From the NCBI GenBank assembly GCA_030324005.1, contig JARDVH010000163.1:40259078-40323077 (forward strand): DNA of 64,000 nt. Direction: 5' to 3'. Shown piece after piece: positions 38,996-50,115 of the stretch. The notes under the pieces were generated by a model. It saw only the letters and a list, made by a program, of their open reading frames with translations, did not search any database and had not been told where the DNA came from. Source of the stretch: Negaprion brevirostris (lineage: Eukaryota). The number at the start of each line of letters is the position of its first letter. Position 1 is the stretch's first letter. A program made the translations under genes and the position numbers.

Positions 38996-39653
38996 CCTGT
39001 GAAGTACAAGACAACTTTGCCAAGCACAATGCATCCACCAAATGACCACGAAGAAGTATGACAATAGTTCACTGATGCATGAGGTAAAAAATAGTCAACA
39101 TTTCAACAATCCTTTCCTCAGTTCTCAAGCTGGACATGTACAGGGTCCAATCCCGAGAGCCTAAAACCCAGGAAAAGTTGTTGGTGAAGCAGACATTTAC
39201 ATCACCAAGAACAAAATATATTAGCAGATGAGAAGAAACAGAGTCCAGCTGGGGCCTACACCCTAGCTGGTAAAAAAGAAAAGGCATCAGCAACACCAGC
39301 AATGTCACTAACAAGCGAAACTATATCAACAGTATCACCGACAAGAGGCACAATGTCAATATCATTAATACAATGTCAGCAGCACCAAACACTATTCCTA
39401 CAACACCGGGACAACATCCAAGCCATCGCTACAAAGTGCACCAGCTCATCATTGACAGCAATGAATCCATGTGATAGGCACAACATTCTCCCAGCTAAGC
39501 AGTGTCTTGTTCTTGTGAGAAAAACAAGCTATAAAGGAATCTTAAGATATTCAGTTTAAGTATAAAAGTTGATTGTTAATGTTCATTAGTGTAGATATTA
39601 TACAAAAATCAAAATTAATGATTAGAATAGTCATTTGGATATTTAGAGGTATT

Positions 39654-40800
39654 GAGGGCAATTCTCCCAAAACAAACTTAAGTGCCTAATGGGTGGGAAT
39701 GCAGGGGGATGCAGGTGTTTCTCTTGCCTGTTTTTTGAGGAACTGAGTGAAATGGATCTCCAGGATTCTGTGCATCACAGAGTCCGCCAGGGAATTCACG
39801 CTGATAAGGGTAGGGTGGAGCCTGAGTCCACCCCAGAGGCTGGCATCAGTGCATTGAGCAGACCACTGCACATGCATTGATCCGTCAGTAGGGAGATCAC
39901 TGGCCCCCTCCTCCCCCGACCTTGCTACCCTTCCAAACAGTGACCTCCTGATTGTTTCCCAGGGCCCAATTGCTGGCTTCCCAACCACCACTCCCCCATA
40001 CCCCCAGTCACTGACTTCAGTGATCTCCTCCCAGTCGCCAGTGTCCATGATCCTCCACCCCCCACTCCNNNNNNNNNNNNNNNNNNNNNNNNNNNNNNNN
40101 NNNNNNNNNNNNNNNNNNNNNNNNNNNNNNNNNNNNNNNNNNNNNNNNNNNNNNNNNNNNNNNNNNNNTGGCCAGCCTGACCCATCCCTCCCTGTAGCCA
40201 GCTTGAACCACCCCCTTCCCCTTCCCATGGCTAGCTTCAATCGCCTCCTACCTTCCAATTCCATTGACGCCTAATACAGAGTACACAGCGGATCCACCTG
40301 CAATCAACACCGACCAGCCCACCCTCCTAGTAGGCCCCATTCCCTTGGCACTGCCTGATGCCGTCTGCCAGGGTGCCAGGCTGACACTGCCAGGTTGTCA
40401 GGCTCCGAATGCCAGGCTAGCACTGCCTAATGGTCACGCCCTGCCTCTGACTTCTCAGGTAGGCCTCAAAGGCCTCTGTCCACAACAACAGGGCGATCAT
40501 GCCTGGTCCCCGTTTATGGGGACCAGCTTTAATCCCTGCTGGTGGGAAGCTCTCCCGATGGGCTGGGAGACATTAGTGAGCTTGGAGGATACTGTTCCGG
40601 GCTTGCTAATAACATGGAAATGTGAATTTCAATATGGTAATCAGCCTCGAGCTGATTTCTGTTGCGGGGCTCATTACATTTAATAAAAATGGCTTGGGAA
40701 AGTCACAATTGGATGGACGCTGCTGCAAGTCCCACTACAGGCTCCCCGCTGATATCTCGGGCCCACTGCGCTACTCAAGCGGGCCAGGAGAATTGTACCC
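39654..40800. mobile_element. MITE-like element of about 1.1 kb with 14-bp TIR and ATT TSD
   Basis: att|gagggcaattctcc ... ggagaattgtaccc|att (11/14 TIR match). A related left end occurs at about 14970. Confidence 0.65.
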
Positions 40801-41305
40801 ATTATCTATTTTTAAAGAAAGAGATGTTATATGATTCTGTTATTCAAAAAGAGTAAGGAACTATATTGTTCAATGTACGTATACCCAAACATTCAGTGGC
40901 CACATCACTTCTGACTGCACTACATGTGTACTGACCTAACAATGTATCATTCTACAGCACATGGTGAGATCTGAAAAATATACCTTTGATGTCAGCCCCA
41001 GGATGTGGCTAATAGTGATTACTTCAAATTTCTGGGAACCAGAAGACATAACAACTGTTGCTGACTGGTAAGGCTCTCTATGTGTAGGACGGACTGGCAA
41101 AAAAAGTATTCCTCCATTCATGAATAGAGAAACCTTTCTTTGAAAAAACTGAGAAAAATGTGGACTGTTTTTCCCAACACCGGCATCTCCACATCATGAC
41201 TGTTTTTTCCCCCAGATGTTAGTTCAACTACAAAATCTTCCCAAAGTAAAGCTAAGTGATGTCATCATCTTGAGTGCTGTCACGTGATCTGATGAGGTGA
41301 CTTAC

Positions 41306-41353
41306 CCTCAGTGACAGGACTGACATTGGCAAAAGAATGGTTAGGGAGATTGC
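41306..41353 (-). CDS. Candidate 48-nt in-frame cassette exon in SNORC intron 1 (GNLPNHSFANVSPVTE)
   Basis: ttatttttatacag| ... GAGG|gtaagt; symmetric phase 1-1 and stop-free in the SNORC frame. No homology or expression support. Confidence 0.35.
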
Positions 41354-42893
41354 CTGTATAAAAATAACCCATTAATAGCAGCCAGTAGAGCTTCAGAAGT
41401 AGAAAACTGAGGTGAATAAAGAATTGGCTGAAAGAAAACAGTGACCTGGCTCTGTGACACAAGAGGTCATTCCGATTAGCACAGGAGAACCCAATTCTGA
41501 TCAGTCACTGGGCTACAGGACATTAATCTTACCAGATTCTGGGCTAGGGGGTGGACGGGGGTGGTGTGGGGGGAGGAGGAATGGGGAGCAGTGGTTGGCG
41601 AAACAATGCTGTTGAAGCGATAGCNNNNNNNNNNNNNNNNNNNNNNNNNNNNNNNNNNNNNNNNNNNNNNNNNNNNNNNNNNNNNNNNNNNNNNNNNNNN
41701 NNNNNNNNNNNNNNNNNNNNNNNNNNNNNNNNNNNNNNNNNNNNNNNNNNNNNNNNNNNNNNNNNNNNNNNNNNNNNNNNNNNNNNNNNNNNNNNNNNNN
41801 NNNNNNNNNNNNNNNNNNNNNNNNNNNNNNNNNNNNNNNNNNNNNNNNNNNNNNNNNNNNNNNNNNNNNNNNNNNNNNNNNNNNNNNNNNNNNNNNNNNN
41901 NNNNNNNNNNNNNNNNNNNNNNNNNNNNNNNNNNNNNNNNNNNNNNNNNNNNNNNNNNNNNNNNNNNNNNNNNNNNNNNNNNNNNNNNNNNNNCAGCATA
42001 TGCAGAGGCAAATTTGGGTGGGGGGGGGAGGGGTTAGAAATGGCTACTCATTCAGTTCCGAATATAGCTTGTTTCGGATAGAATTATTTCCAGAATCGAT
42101 GGGCAAAGTGGGAAAAAATGAATTTTGACATCCCGAAAAATATCTGAGAAAATATTAACTTGAGAACATTTGCTTATTAACTTGTGCAGACAAAAGAAAA
42201 CATTCACAGTAAATTAACTTCACTCTCTCAACACTAATCTTTCTCATGTGCCTTTCCCAGGAGGGACCACTCTGTGCACAAGGGTAATAAGTGAGAGTCA
42301 CAAGGGGAAGTTAGCAAATTAGAAATGGACAAAATAATTGCATGCTACCTGGCACGCTATCAGTTTTTCCTTCATATTTATAGAACAGGAGTTTAAACCA
42401 AATTGTTGATCTGTTTATTCAGTCCAGCTGCTCGACCCAGAATGAAAGCCTCAGCGATAAAAGCAGGTCTGTCCAAGTTCCTGGCAAAGGTTGACTAACG
42501 TCTTGAGGCGAGATTCCTCGGTGCAGGCTTGAAACCTCAGCATATTTCACACTCACACAGTAGCCATCAGATTACAGAACTGAAAAACAGAGGCTCAGTT
42601 CTGCTGCTCTTGAACTCGGTGTAGCATGGGACGTCTGGAACTGAGAACCCTAAAACTAGCAAAAAACAGCCAACACTTATATACACTTTCCAAAAGAAAA
42701 TATACTTAGGATATGCGCTAGTCTGAGTAAATCGCACATTAAACCTGGTGCTGGAAATCTACTGTAATGTGTCTTCCTCCTCCCTATGTATTCAGTATAC
42801 CCAAATATCCCATTCTTCAACAATCCACCTCATCCCAGAAAGTCCATACACAATATACAGGACTATTTTACTTGACCCTACAGGAAGTAATTC

Positions 42894-43120
42894 TTTATTT
42901 TTTACTCCACTCTTAAAGTTACAAAACCAATGCTCAGAATGGACCAAACAGACCCGAATCCAGTCTTTGCTTGTTCCAAAAACCAATTGAAATTCAAATT
43001 GAATCCAATTCATGATCCCCACAAAAGAGACATAAAACATCCAACTGACAAGGAAAGGCATTATACCTGATCTTGGGCTTCATCTGACACTTGATCTTAG
43101 TCAAAAGACCAAGAAGCAAA
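42894..43120 (-). mobile_element. U2 snRNA-derived repeat, copy A (full length, diverged, internal duplication, A-rich tail)
   Basis: Reverse strand starts TTTGCTTCTTGGTCTTTTGACTAAGATCAAGTGT (U2 5' end ATCGCTTCTCGGCCTTTTGGCTAAGATCAAGTGT). The remainder is colinear with U2 (GGTTTTTGGAACA for the Sm-site region, GTCCATTCTGAGCATTGG for the 3' stem region) and ends GGAGTAAAAAATAAA. Confidence 0.75.
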
Positions 43121-43794
43121 AGTTTCACCGACACTGACTCCCAATAACCTCGATATCCCACAAAGTTTACCTCTTACTGGCCTTTATGCAGCTGCAAATA
43201 TCGGGCACTGTGTTTAAACCAGGCATTTGAACCTCGTGAGCAACAACAAAATCTTTGAATAAAATATTCTACCAAACTTCAAATTTTCCAATTCTACAGA
43301 CCGTCCTTGCACCAGAAATCTGATGCTTATACAATCATTGTCACTGGACTCCACATTATATATCAGAGAAGGGTTGGCCCACTCCATTCCTATTTGTCAA
43401 GCTTGTACTAAAATGTATAAGTGGGCAAACGATTGACGGCTGCACTGTGTAACTGCAGTTCGTGTAACTGAAAAACAGGTTCCTTTCCTTTAAACACTGC
43501 AGGATTTTGGAAGTGTGAAAACGTTTTGTTTTGGTATTTTTAAATTTGTGTCTTCACTGGAAAGAGATCTTCCATTGTCCCATCAATCTTTTCCCTCCTC
43601 TCCTGAAATAGATAGTTCAAATTGAAAAATGGCTTGCACAGGTACTGGTAGCCCCTCTGGTATCTGGCACAAGTGACCATTCTTTGAGCTTTGACATGGA
43701 AAAGTTAGCAATTCAACTGTTTTGAGAAGTATGTGTGCATTAAACTTTTTAACACAATGATAATAAAAACTCTGATGACCTGAGAATTTGGTAA

Positions 43795-44092
43795 CAAGTT
43801 TAAGGTTTATTGATTGGTGTCACAAGCAGGTTTAAATTAACACTACAATGGGGATACTGTGAAAACCCCCTATACGCCTGTCCGAATACATAGATTTGAG
43901 TATTTAGCATGGCCAATGCAAAACCAGCACATCTTTTGGACTGTGGGAGGAAACCAGAGCATACAGAGGAAACCCACGCAGACATAGGGAGAACGTGTAG
44001 ACTCCACAAAGACAGTGACCCAAGCTGGGAATCGAACCCGAGTCCCAGGTGCTGTGAGGCAGCAGTGCTAACCACTGTGCCACCATGCTGCC
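43795..44092 (-). mobile_element. HE1-type SINE head/core with an alternative 3' tail
   Basis: HE1 head and core, but tail ...ttttcacagtatcc...cttgtgacaccaatcaataaac instead of the CR1-like tail. Confidence 0.85.
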
Positions 44093-44214
44093 CACATTCT
44101 GATCAAAGCCAAGGAAGGTTATACCCCTAACAACTGCTTTCTGAAATTTGCAAGTCCCATTCAAGTCCTTTCCATTGGAAAATCCTCCTAGTAAATCAAA
44201 CAGTCTGGACAAAA

Positions 44215-44545
44215 ATAGGAGCAGGAATAGGCCAGTTGCCCTTCAAACTGCTTTGCCATTCATTATGATCATAGCCAATCATCTAACTTAATAGCCTGAT
44301 TCCACCTTTCCCCTCATACCCTTTGATCCTTTTTGCCCCAAGAGCAACATGTAACTCCTCCTTGAAAACATGCAACGTTTTGGACTCAACTGCTTTCTGT
44401 GGTAGAGAATTCCACAGGCTCACATTCTCTGGGTGAAGAAATTTCTCCTCATCTCAGTCGTAAAAGGTTTACCTTATATCCTTAGACTGTGACCCCTGGT
44501 TCTGGACTTGCCCACCATCAGAAACATCCTTCCTGCATCTAGGCT
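44215..44545 (-). mobile_element. CR1-type LINE 3' end
   Basis: Reverse complement of tccagaaccaggggtcacagtctaaggata...gaggagaaatttcttcacccagag. Confidence 0.8.
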
Positions 44546-45370
44546 GTCGGGCTACTGGATGTCTTTAAACTGGTCTGGATTTATATGCATGTGTCAGATG
44601 CTGCTTGGCTTCCATGTGTTCAGCCATCAGGTGAGGATCACTTTTGTGACCACATTCACTTTCCTGTGCCCCAAAAGCATTTCACACAGATGTGAAAGCA
44701 GCGGTATAACTGCAATCTAAATGAAACCATGCGCCATCAGCTGCATTCATGATTAGCTTTGAATAATATAAAGACATGACTGCTGTGCATCTTTTAGGGC
44801 AAAAATACCACTCCAACTTTCTCAAGGCTAATGCCAGTAAATTCCATTCGCATTGTTTGTGACAACCCTTTGCCAGAAACACTATGCTGCAGATTAACCT
44901 GTCAAAGTATTGGTCACAAAAACAAACAAAAAACTGCAGATGGTGGAAATACCTAACAGGCCAGGCAGCATCTGTGGAGAAAGAAATAGAGTTAACTTTT
45001 CAGTGATCTTTCAGTAGAACTGGAAGATGTCAGGCAAGTGTAACTTCTCAGCAAGAATGGATCAACAGCAAAGGAGACAGAACTAAAACAAAAACAGAAA
45101 ACATTGGGGATACTTAACTGCTGAGAGACACAACAAAACGAAAGGAATAATCAAGCATAGGGTTTGATGGCAGGGATGATTAAATGACAGACATGATGAT
45201 TGTGCAATACAGCAGGAGGTGAATACAAATATAGATGGAAAGTTGAAGTGTAAATCCTTGCAGCAAATAGCAGAGGAAACTCTGGCAAACAGAAGACTTC
45301 CAGACCTGAGAAATGTGGCAGCAACCAGAAAGCCAGATAGACTCCAGGACTGCTAAACACCTCATCAGTG

Positions 45371-45578
45371 GGGGTTAAGATTAAATTTCAGATCAAGCCC
45401 AAGATCAGGTGCAACGCCTCATCTTGTCAGCTTGGATCTTGTTTGTCTCTCTTGTGGGGACCATGAATTGAATTCAATTGAAATTTTAATTGTTTCTTGG
45501 AGCAAACAAGGAGATAGATTTGGGTCTGCCGGGTCCATTCTGAGCATTGGCCTTGTAACTTCAATAATGGAGTAAAAA
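45371..45578 (+). mobile_element. U2 snRNA-derived repeat, copy B (5'-degraded), inverted relative to copy A
   Basis: Colinear with copy A over about 190 nt (cagat.aagcccaagatcaggt...ccatgaattgaattcaatt...gtccattctgagcattgg...ggagtaaaaa). Confidence 0.72.
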
Positions 45579-46284
45579 TTAATTCCCAGCCTGTATAAAT
45601 CCAGTGGCTCTGGGCAAAGATCCTCCAATTCCAGCAACTGTTGTCTGAAACCAAATGGGAGCAGGTTTTAAAGCCTAGTATATTAGTCACTTACACTTGC
45701 CTGGCTGTAGTTTCTTTCCCTCTGCTCAATGCTCCCTCTACTCATGCCCATGCCCTTTTAAAACAACCATGTAACCATGTCTGATTTACAAATACAACAG
45801 CATTGGTTGTTTCATCTGTATAACAGATGATACATCAAACATCCAAACGATTGTTATGCATGTGCTGGCAAATTGAACGATTACAGGATTGTAATGGTTT
45901 TCCAACAGAGCTTAANNNNNNNNNNTTCGGAATGTATCCCACAGTGGAATGAAAAATAGAAAGTTCACAGTGAAAAACATGCAATTCCCACATCATTGGC
46001 AGTTTCAAATCAATTCTCGAAATGTCCATTTTGCTCATCAAGTTGACTGCTTTAAAAGATTTTATTAGAATATTGTAGTGCTTCTATCCAAACTAAAGGA
46101 ATCAGAATAGTCTGAAATTGCCTGACAGCAGCTTGTAGCTACTTATAGCTATTCAACTACGTGAAGCAGAACGGTCGTATTCTGCAAAAACATTAACAGA
46201 TGTCTATTTGTTTTTCACCTAGTTTGACCAATGTCAAGTGGCACTGACATGAATAAGAAATGGCACGGCTGAAATAACCAACCT

Positions 46285-46672
46285 CTAGAATCCCTACAGT
46301 GCAGGAGGAAGCCATTCGGCCCAATACGTCTGTACCAACTCTCCAAAAGAGCATTCCAACCAGAACCGCCCCCCCCACCCCACCACCTTATCCCCTTAAC
46401 CCCACACACTTACCACAGCAAATCCACCCAACCTGCACATCTTTGGACAGTAAGCGGCAATTTTGCATGTTCTGCCCATGTCTACATGCATTTCCTCCAG
46501 GTGGTCCCATTTCTTTCATCTAAAGACGTACAATTTAGGTGGATTGGCTATGATCCATGTGTGCGGTCACAGGGATAACATGGGGAAGTGGGCCTAGGTG
46601 AAGTGCTCTTTCAGAGGGTCACTGGAGACTTAATGGGCTGAATGACCTCCTGCTGCACTGTAAGGATTCAAT
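46285..46672. mobile_element. Two HE1 3' halves in inverted orientation
   Basis: Minus-strand tail at 46285-46450 joined to a plus-strand core and tail at 46460-46672. Confidence 0.65.
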
Positions 46673-47429
46673 GCTTTTATAACATATCTTCAGTAACTGA
46701 GAACAATTATTTTCTCCCCACAAGGTTGAAATTTGACGGGGTAAGCTTAGAGGAGAGATACAAGTTGCAGTAGGGCTGGGAGAGACAATAGTATTAGAAT
46801 AAAAAGTATTCAGAAATAAAATGGATCAAATAGTGGGATAAATGTAAGGCAGATTAAGAAGGGTTAGAGTGCATGGGCATAAATACTGGGAATGTGTTAA
46901 CAGCGTAAATGGCAAAGGGAGAGGCACACATGAAATGTATTTCTTGATCAGTTTACAGCCCATTGAGAGGAAGCTGTGCTGGATCCAACTTTATTGGAAT
47001 GAGGTGAGAAAAATAAAGCGTGTCATGGTGGGAGAGCAATTGGAAAACAGTGATCATAATATTATTAACGGTTCAGATTTTCCGGCCAGTGGTGAAGTGA
47101 TAATGCCCAATGCTGACCTCAAAGGAACACTTCCCACAAAGACCTAGTAAGCTCTGCATCACGGATTTCTCCTTCTTTGTTAATTTCCTTCTGACATCAG
47201 CAGTGGCAGATATCTGATACCCAACAATAGTGACATCTTCAAGCAAGCTAAACACAGGATCACACTAAAGAACTCTCAGACAGAAAACCAGAAAATAGCA
47301 AGCAGGTTTAATTTTTCACTTTTCACTATTTCACAGAAGATGAAATAGAGCCTGGGACACTCATTTGGAATTAAAGTAGAAGCTAAAATATTTTAAATTC
47401 ACTAAAAGAGAAATTCAAAAATCCTTGAA

Positions 47430-48989
47430 ATTTTAAGCATGGATTTGAGAAGTTTGACATTCCAAAAATATAAAATTCTGCTTTCTGGGACAGAAAGTTT
47501 ATACAGTAGCAGTTTTGACTTAGTACACTGCTAAATCCTTTCCATCTCATTCAATAAGGTATTGTGGGAGTGTTGGTTTGTTCTTTCAAAGCAAGGGCNN
47601 NNNNNNNNNNNNNNNNNNNNNNNNNNNNNNNNNNNNNNNNNNNNNNNNNNNNNNNNNNNNNNNNNNNNNNNNNNNNNNNNNNNNNNNNTGAATTTGGGCA
47701 TTACATATTGACTGCTCACAGGCCGGGATAGAGCAGAGTACTTTTCACATAAAATGATGAGTTGGGTTTTTCCGAGTTCAGTGTTAAAAAAGTTACATTA
47801 ATCTCTGGGTGAAGGTTTCGAAAATGGCAGCAATTGAAAACCATATTGCATGTAACACTCATATTGGAAGAGGATGCACCTCGTTTATGAGAGTGTGAAA
47901 ATTTGTTTTACTCCATCAATTACATCATTGCAGAGGACGGACAAATCACAAGCTTCACCCTACTTGTCCCTCCATCTTCAATTCTCATATTCCATCCTGG
48001 TGGTTTCCTGCAGCAGTTAATCGCTCATGACTAATTTCACCTCTTCCTCACATATACCAAAGCTGCATTCTGCTCCCCTTTGGCCATCATTTCCTTGGCT
48101 TACATTGAAAGGTTGAGTGAGAAAGTTTAATTCAGGAGAGTTTGAAAAAAATCCAAATTGTTGTGCAACTGGCTGAACATTTCCTCAGACTGATTCAAGT
48201 CCGTATTTAAGTTTGCAGCTTTGGTTTATCCTCTGCATTCATTTGAATAAACTAAAGTAAGAGCAATTAGGGACATTTAAAAGAAGACTATAAAATGTCC
48301 AATAATTTAGAGTAAAGTTTATTTATTAGTCACAAGTAAGGCTTACATTAACACTGTAATGAAGTTACTGTGAAATTCCTGGTATCCAGCATATTGAAAG
48401 CCGTAAACACTTTCCCTGTACAGAGTCCATCAAAATTTATTCCCCCACACACACGGACACATGGATGCAGCACAGTGGTTAGCAGTGCTGCCTCACAATA
48501 CCAGGAGTCCTGGTTCAATTCCTGGCTTGAGTCACTGTCGATGTGAAGTCTGCACGTTTCCCCATGTTTGCATGGATTTTCTCCTACAGTCCGAAAGATA
48601 TGATCATTAGGTGTATCGGCCATGCTAAATTCTCCCTCAGAGTACTAGTACAGGAGTTTGGCGTCAACGGGATTTTCACAGTAACTTTGTTGCAGTGTTA
48701 ATGTAAGCCTACTTGTGACACTAATAAATAAACTTAAACTTCTGGCAAATGTTAACCTTAAAACTAGTGGGAAATTCACAGCCATATTTCAGATTTAAAT
48801 GTTTCACTGGAAGTTGTTAAATCATTTTAAAAGAGTTAACTTTAAAATTTCTAGCTGTGGAAGTTTTAGCGTGGATTTGAGAAATTTGACATTCCATAAA
48901 TATAAAAATCTGTTTCTGGGGCAGAAAGTTTATATCGTAGCAGTTTTGATTTCGTACACTGCTAAAGCCTTTACATCTCATTCAACAAG
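47430..48989 (+). repeat. Direct duplication of about 130 bp (47430-47558 and 48858-48989) in SNORC intron 1
   Basis: ggatttgagaa.tttgacattcca.aaatataaaa...cagaaagtttata...tagcagttttga...gtacactgctaaa.ccttt.catctcattcaa occurs twice. Confidence 0.8.
48463..48740 (+). mobile_element. HE1-type SINE with alternative tail; an inverted tail copy lies at 48312-48379
   Basis: gcagcacagtggttagcagtgctgcc head; tail ggattttcacagtaactttgttgcagtgttaatgtaagcctacttgtgacactaataaa. Confidence 0.85.
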
Positions 48990-49353
48990 ACAATGTGAGA
49001 CTAACATATTAGCTGTACAAACAGCTAAATATATGCACAGCCCCTAAACCCGTCTGCTTGAAAGCCAGCCCCAGCTTAGCTCAATCTCTGGATTTTAATA
49101 ATAGCTCCTGCAGCAAGATTTCCATTGCCTGAGAAATATTTTTTATTTTTGCACCCTCATACACAATGGTATAATTTTGACTATTAAATGAAACACATAC
49201 TTTGATCACAAGAATACACATATTAGAGCAGATAATGTATCAACACTGATCAAGGCACCATTGCATATAAAGAAAGAGTGAAGATGGTGACTCTATAAAG
49301 TAAGTTCACTCTCCAGGATGAATGAAGTGTCAGGAATGGAATAGTAATCCTAC

Positions 49354-49426
49354 CTGTTAGTGCGATAAGAATGGCAGTCCCTAAAATTGTCCATGAAAGC
49401 AGGATCCAACGTCTGCACTGAGCCAT
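49354..49426 (-). CDS. SNORC: SNORC coding exon 1 (signal peptide MAQCRRWILLSWTILGTAILIALT)
   Basis: ATG in aaaATGG context, 24 codons plus 1 nt, then donor ACAG|gtagga (phase 1). The hydrophobic signal peptide ends in LT like human [24 protein letters not shown], and the phase matches exon 2. Confidence 0.85.
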
Positions 49427-50115
49427 TTTGTTTCTGAGACTGAAACTCTCTGATGCCTTGTGTGGTCTGGAAAGGGGAAAAAATTGTCTGGGAGACGCTT
49501 ACTTCTGAATTCACACAAGGGAGGCTTTCTCCACTGCACCAAACAGAGCAGTGAGCATCTAACCCTGTCGGCCTAGCTGGAGCCAACACCTCCCTCCCAC
49601 ATACCAGACAAATATGTTGATATATGAAGTGAAAGGAAATTATAGTATGCAATTTGGCCAATTTCCTAACAAAGCCCTCATATCGTATCCTCTGCTGTGT
49701 AACTGAAATTTTCTGTAGGATAACACTGAGTTATAAATTGTCGACTATTTTATTTTAAAATGTTTCTGTACATATTAACTTTGTAATCTATAGTAAGTAG
49801 TCAGGTCACTCGCCTTTCTCAGCAGTAATGCCCTGTCCCTATACCCTCAGATCAATATGCAACTGGCAGAAGTACTTTTACAATGAAACTGCTCTTTCTA
49901 TAATTTCCTTTTTCTTAGCATTCAGAATGCTCACCATTTAGCATGAGCTTCTTCTTTCAAGTTTTCCAATAACCCCACCTATAATTGAAATTTAAAGGCT
50001 GTTACCTAAAAAATATGAAGAAGACACAGTGTTTATATAATCTATGCTGTGCATTGGAAAGGCTCTATTAAGAGCTTGTATACACAGAGATTATTTTGAA
50101 ACCTTTACTGACATA

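Noticed and set aside
42349-42375. Mini-ORF MKEKLIACQ followed by gtagca
   Set aside because: It is phase 0 with a weak donor, incompatible with the phase-1 SNORC exons.
43087-43120. Functional U2 snRNA gene
   Set aside because: The branch-site-pairing GTAGTA is lost, there are insertions, and an A-rich tail is present, so it is treated as a derived repeat.
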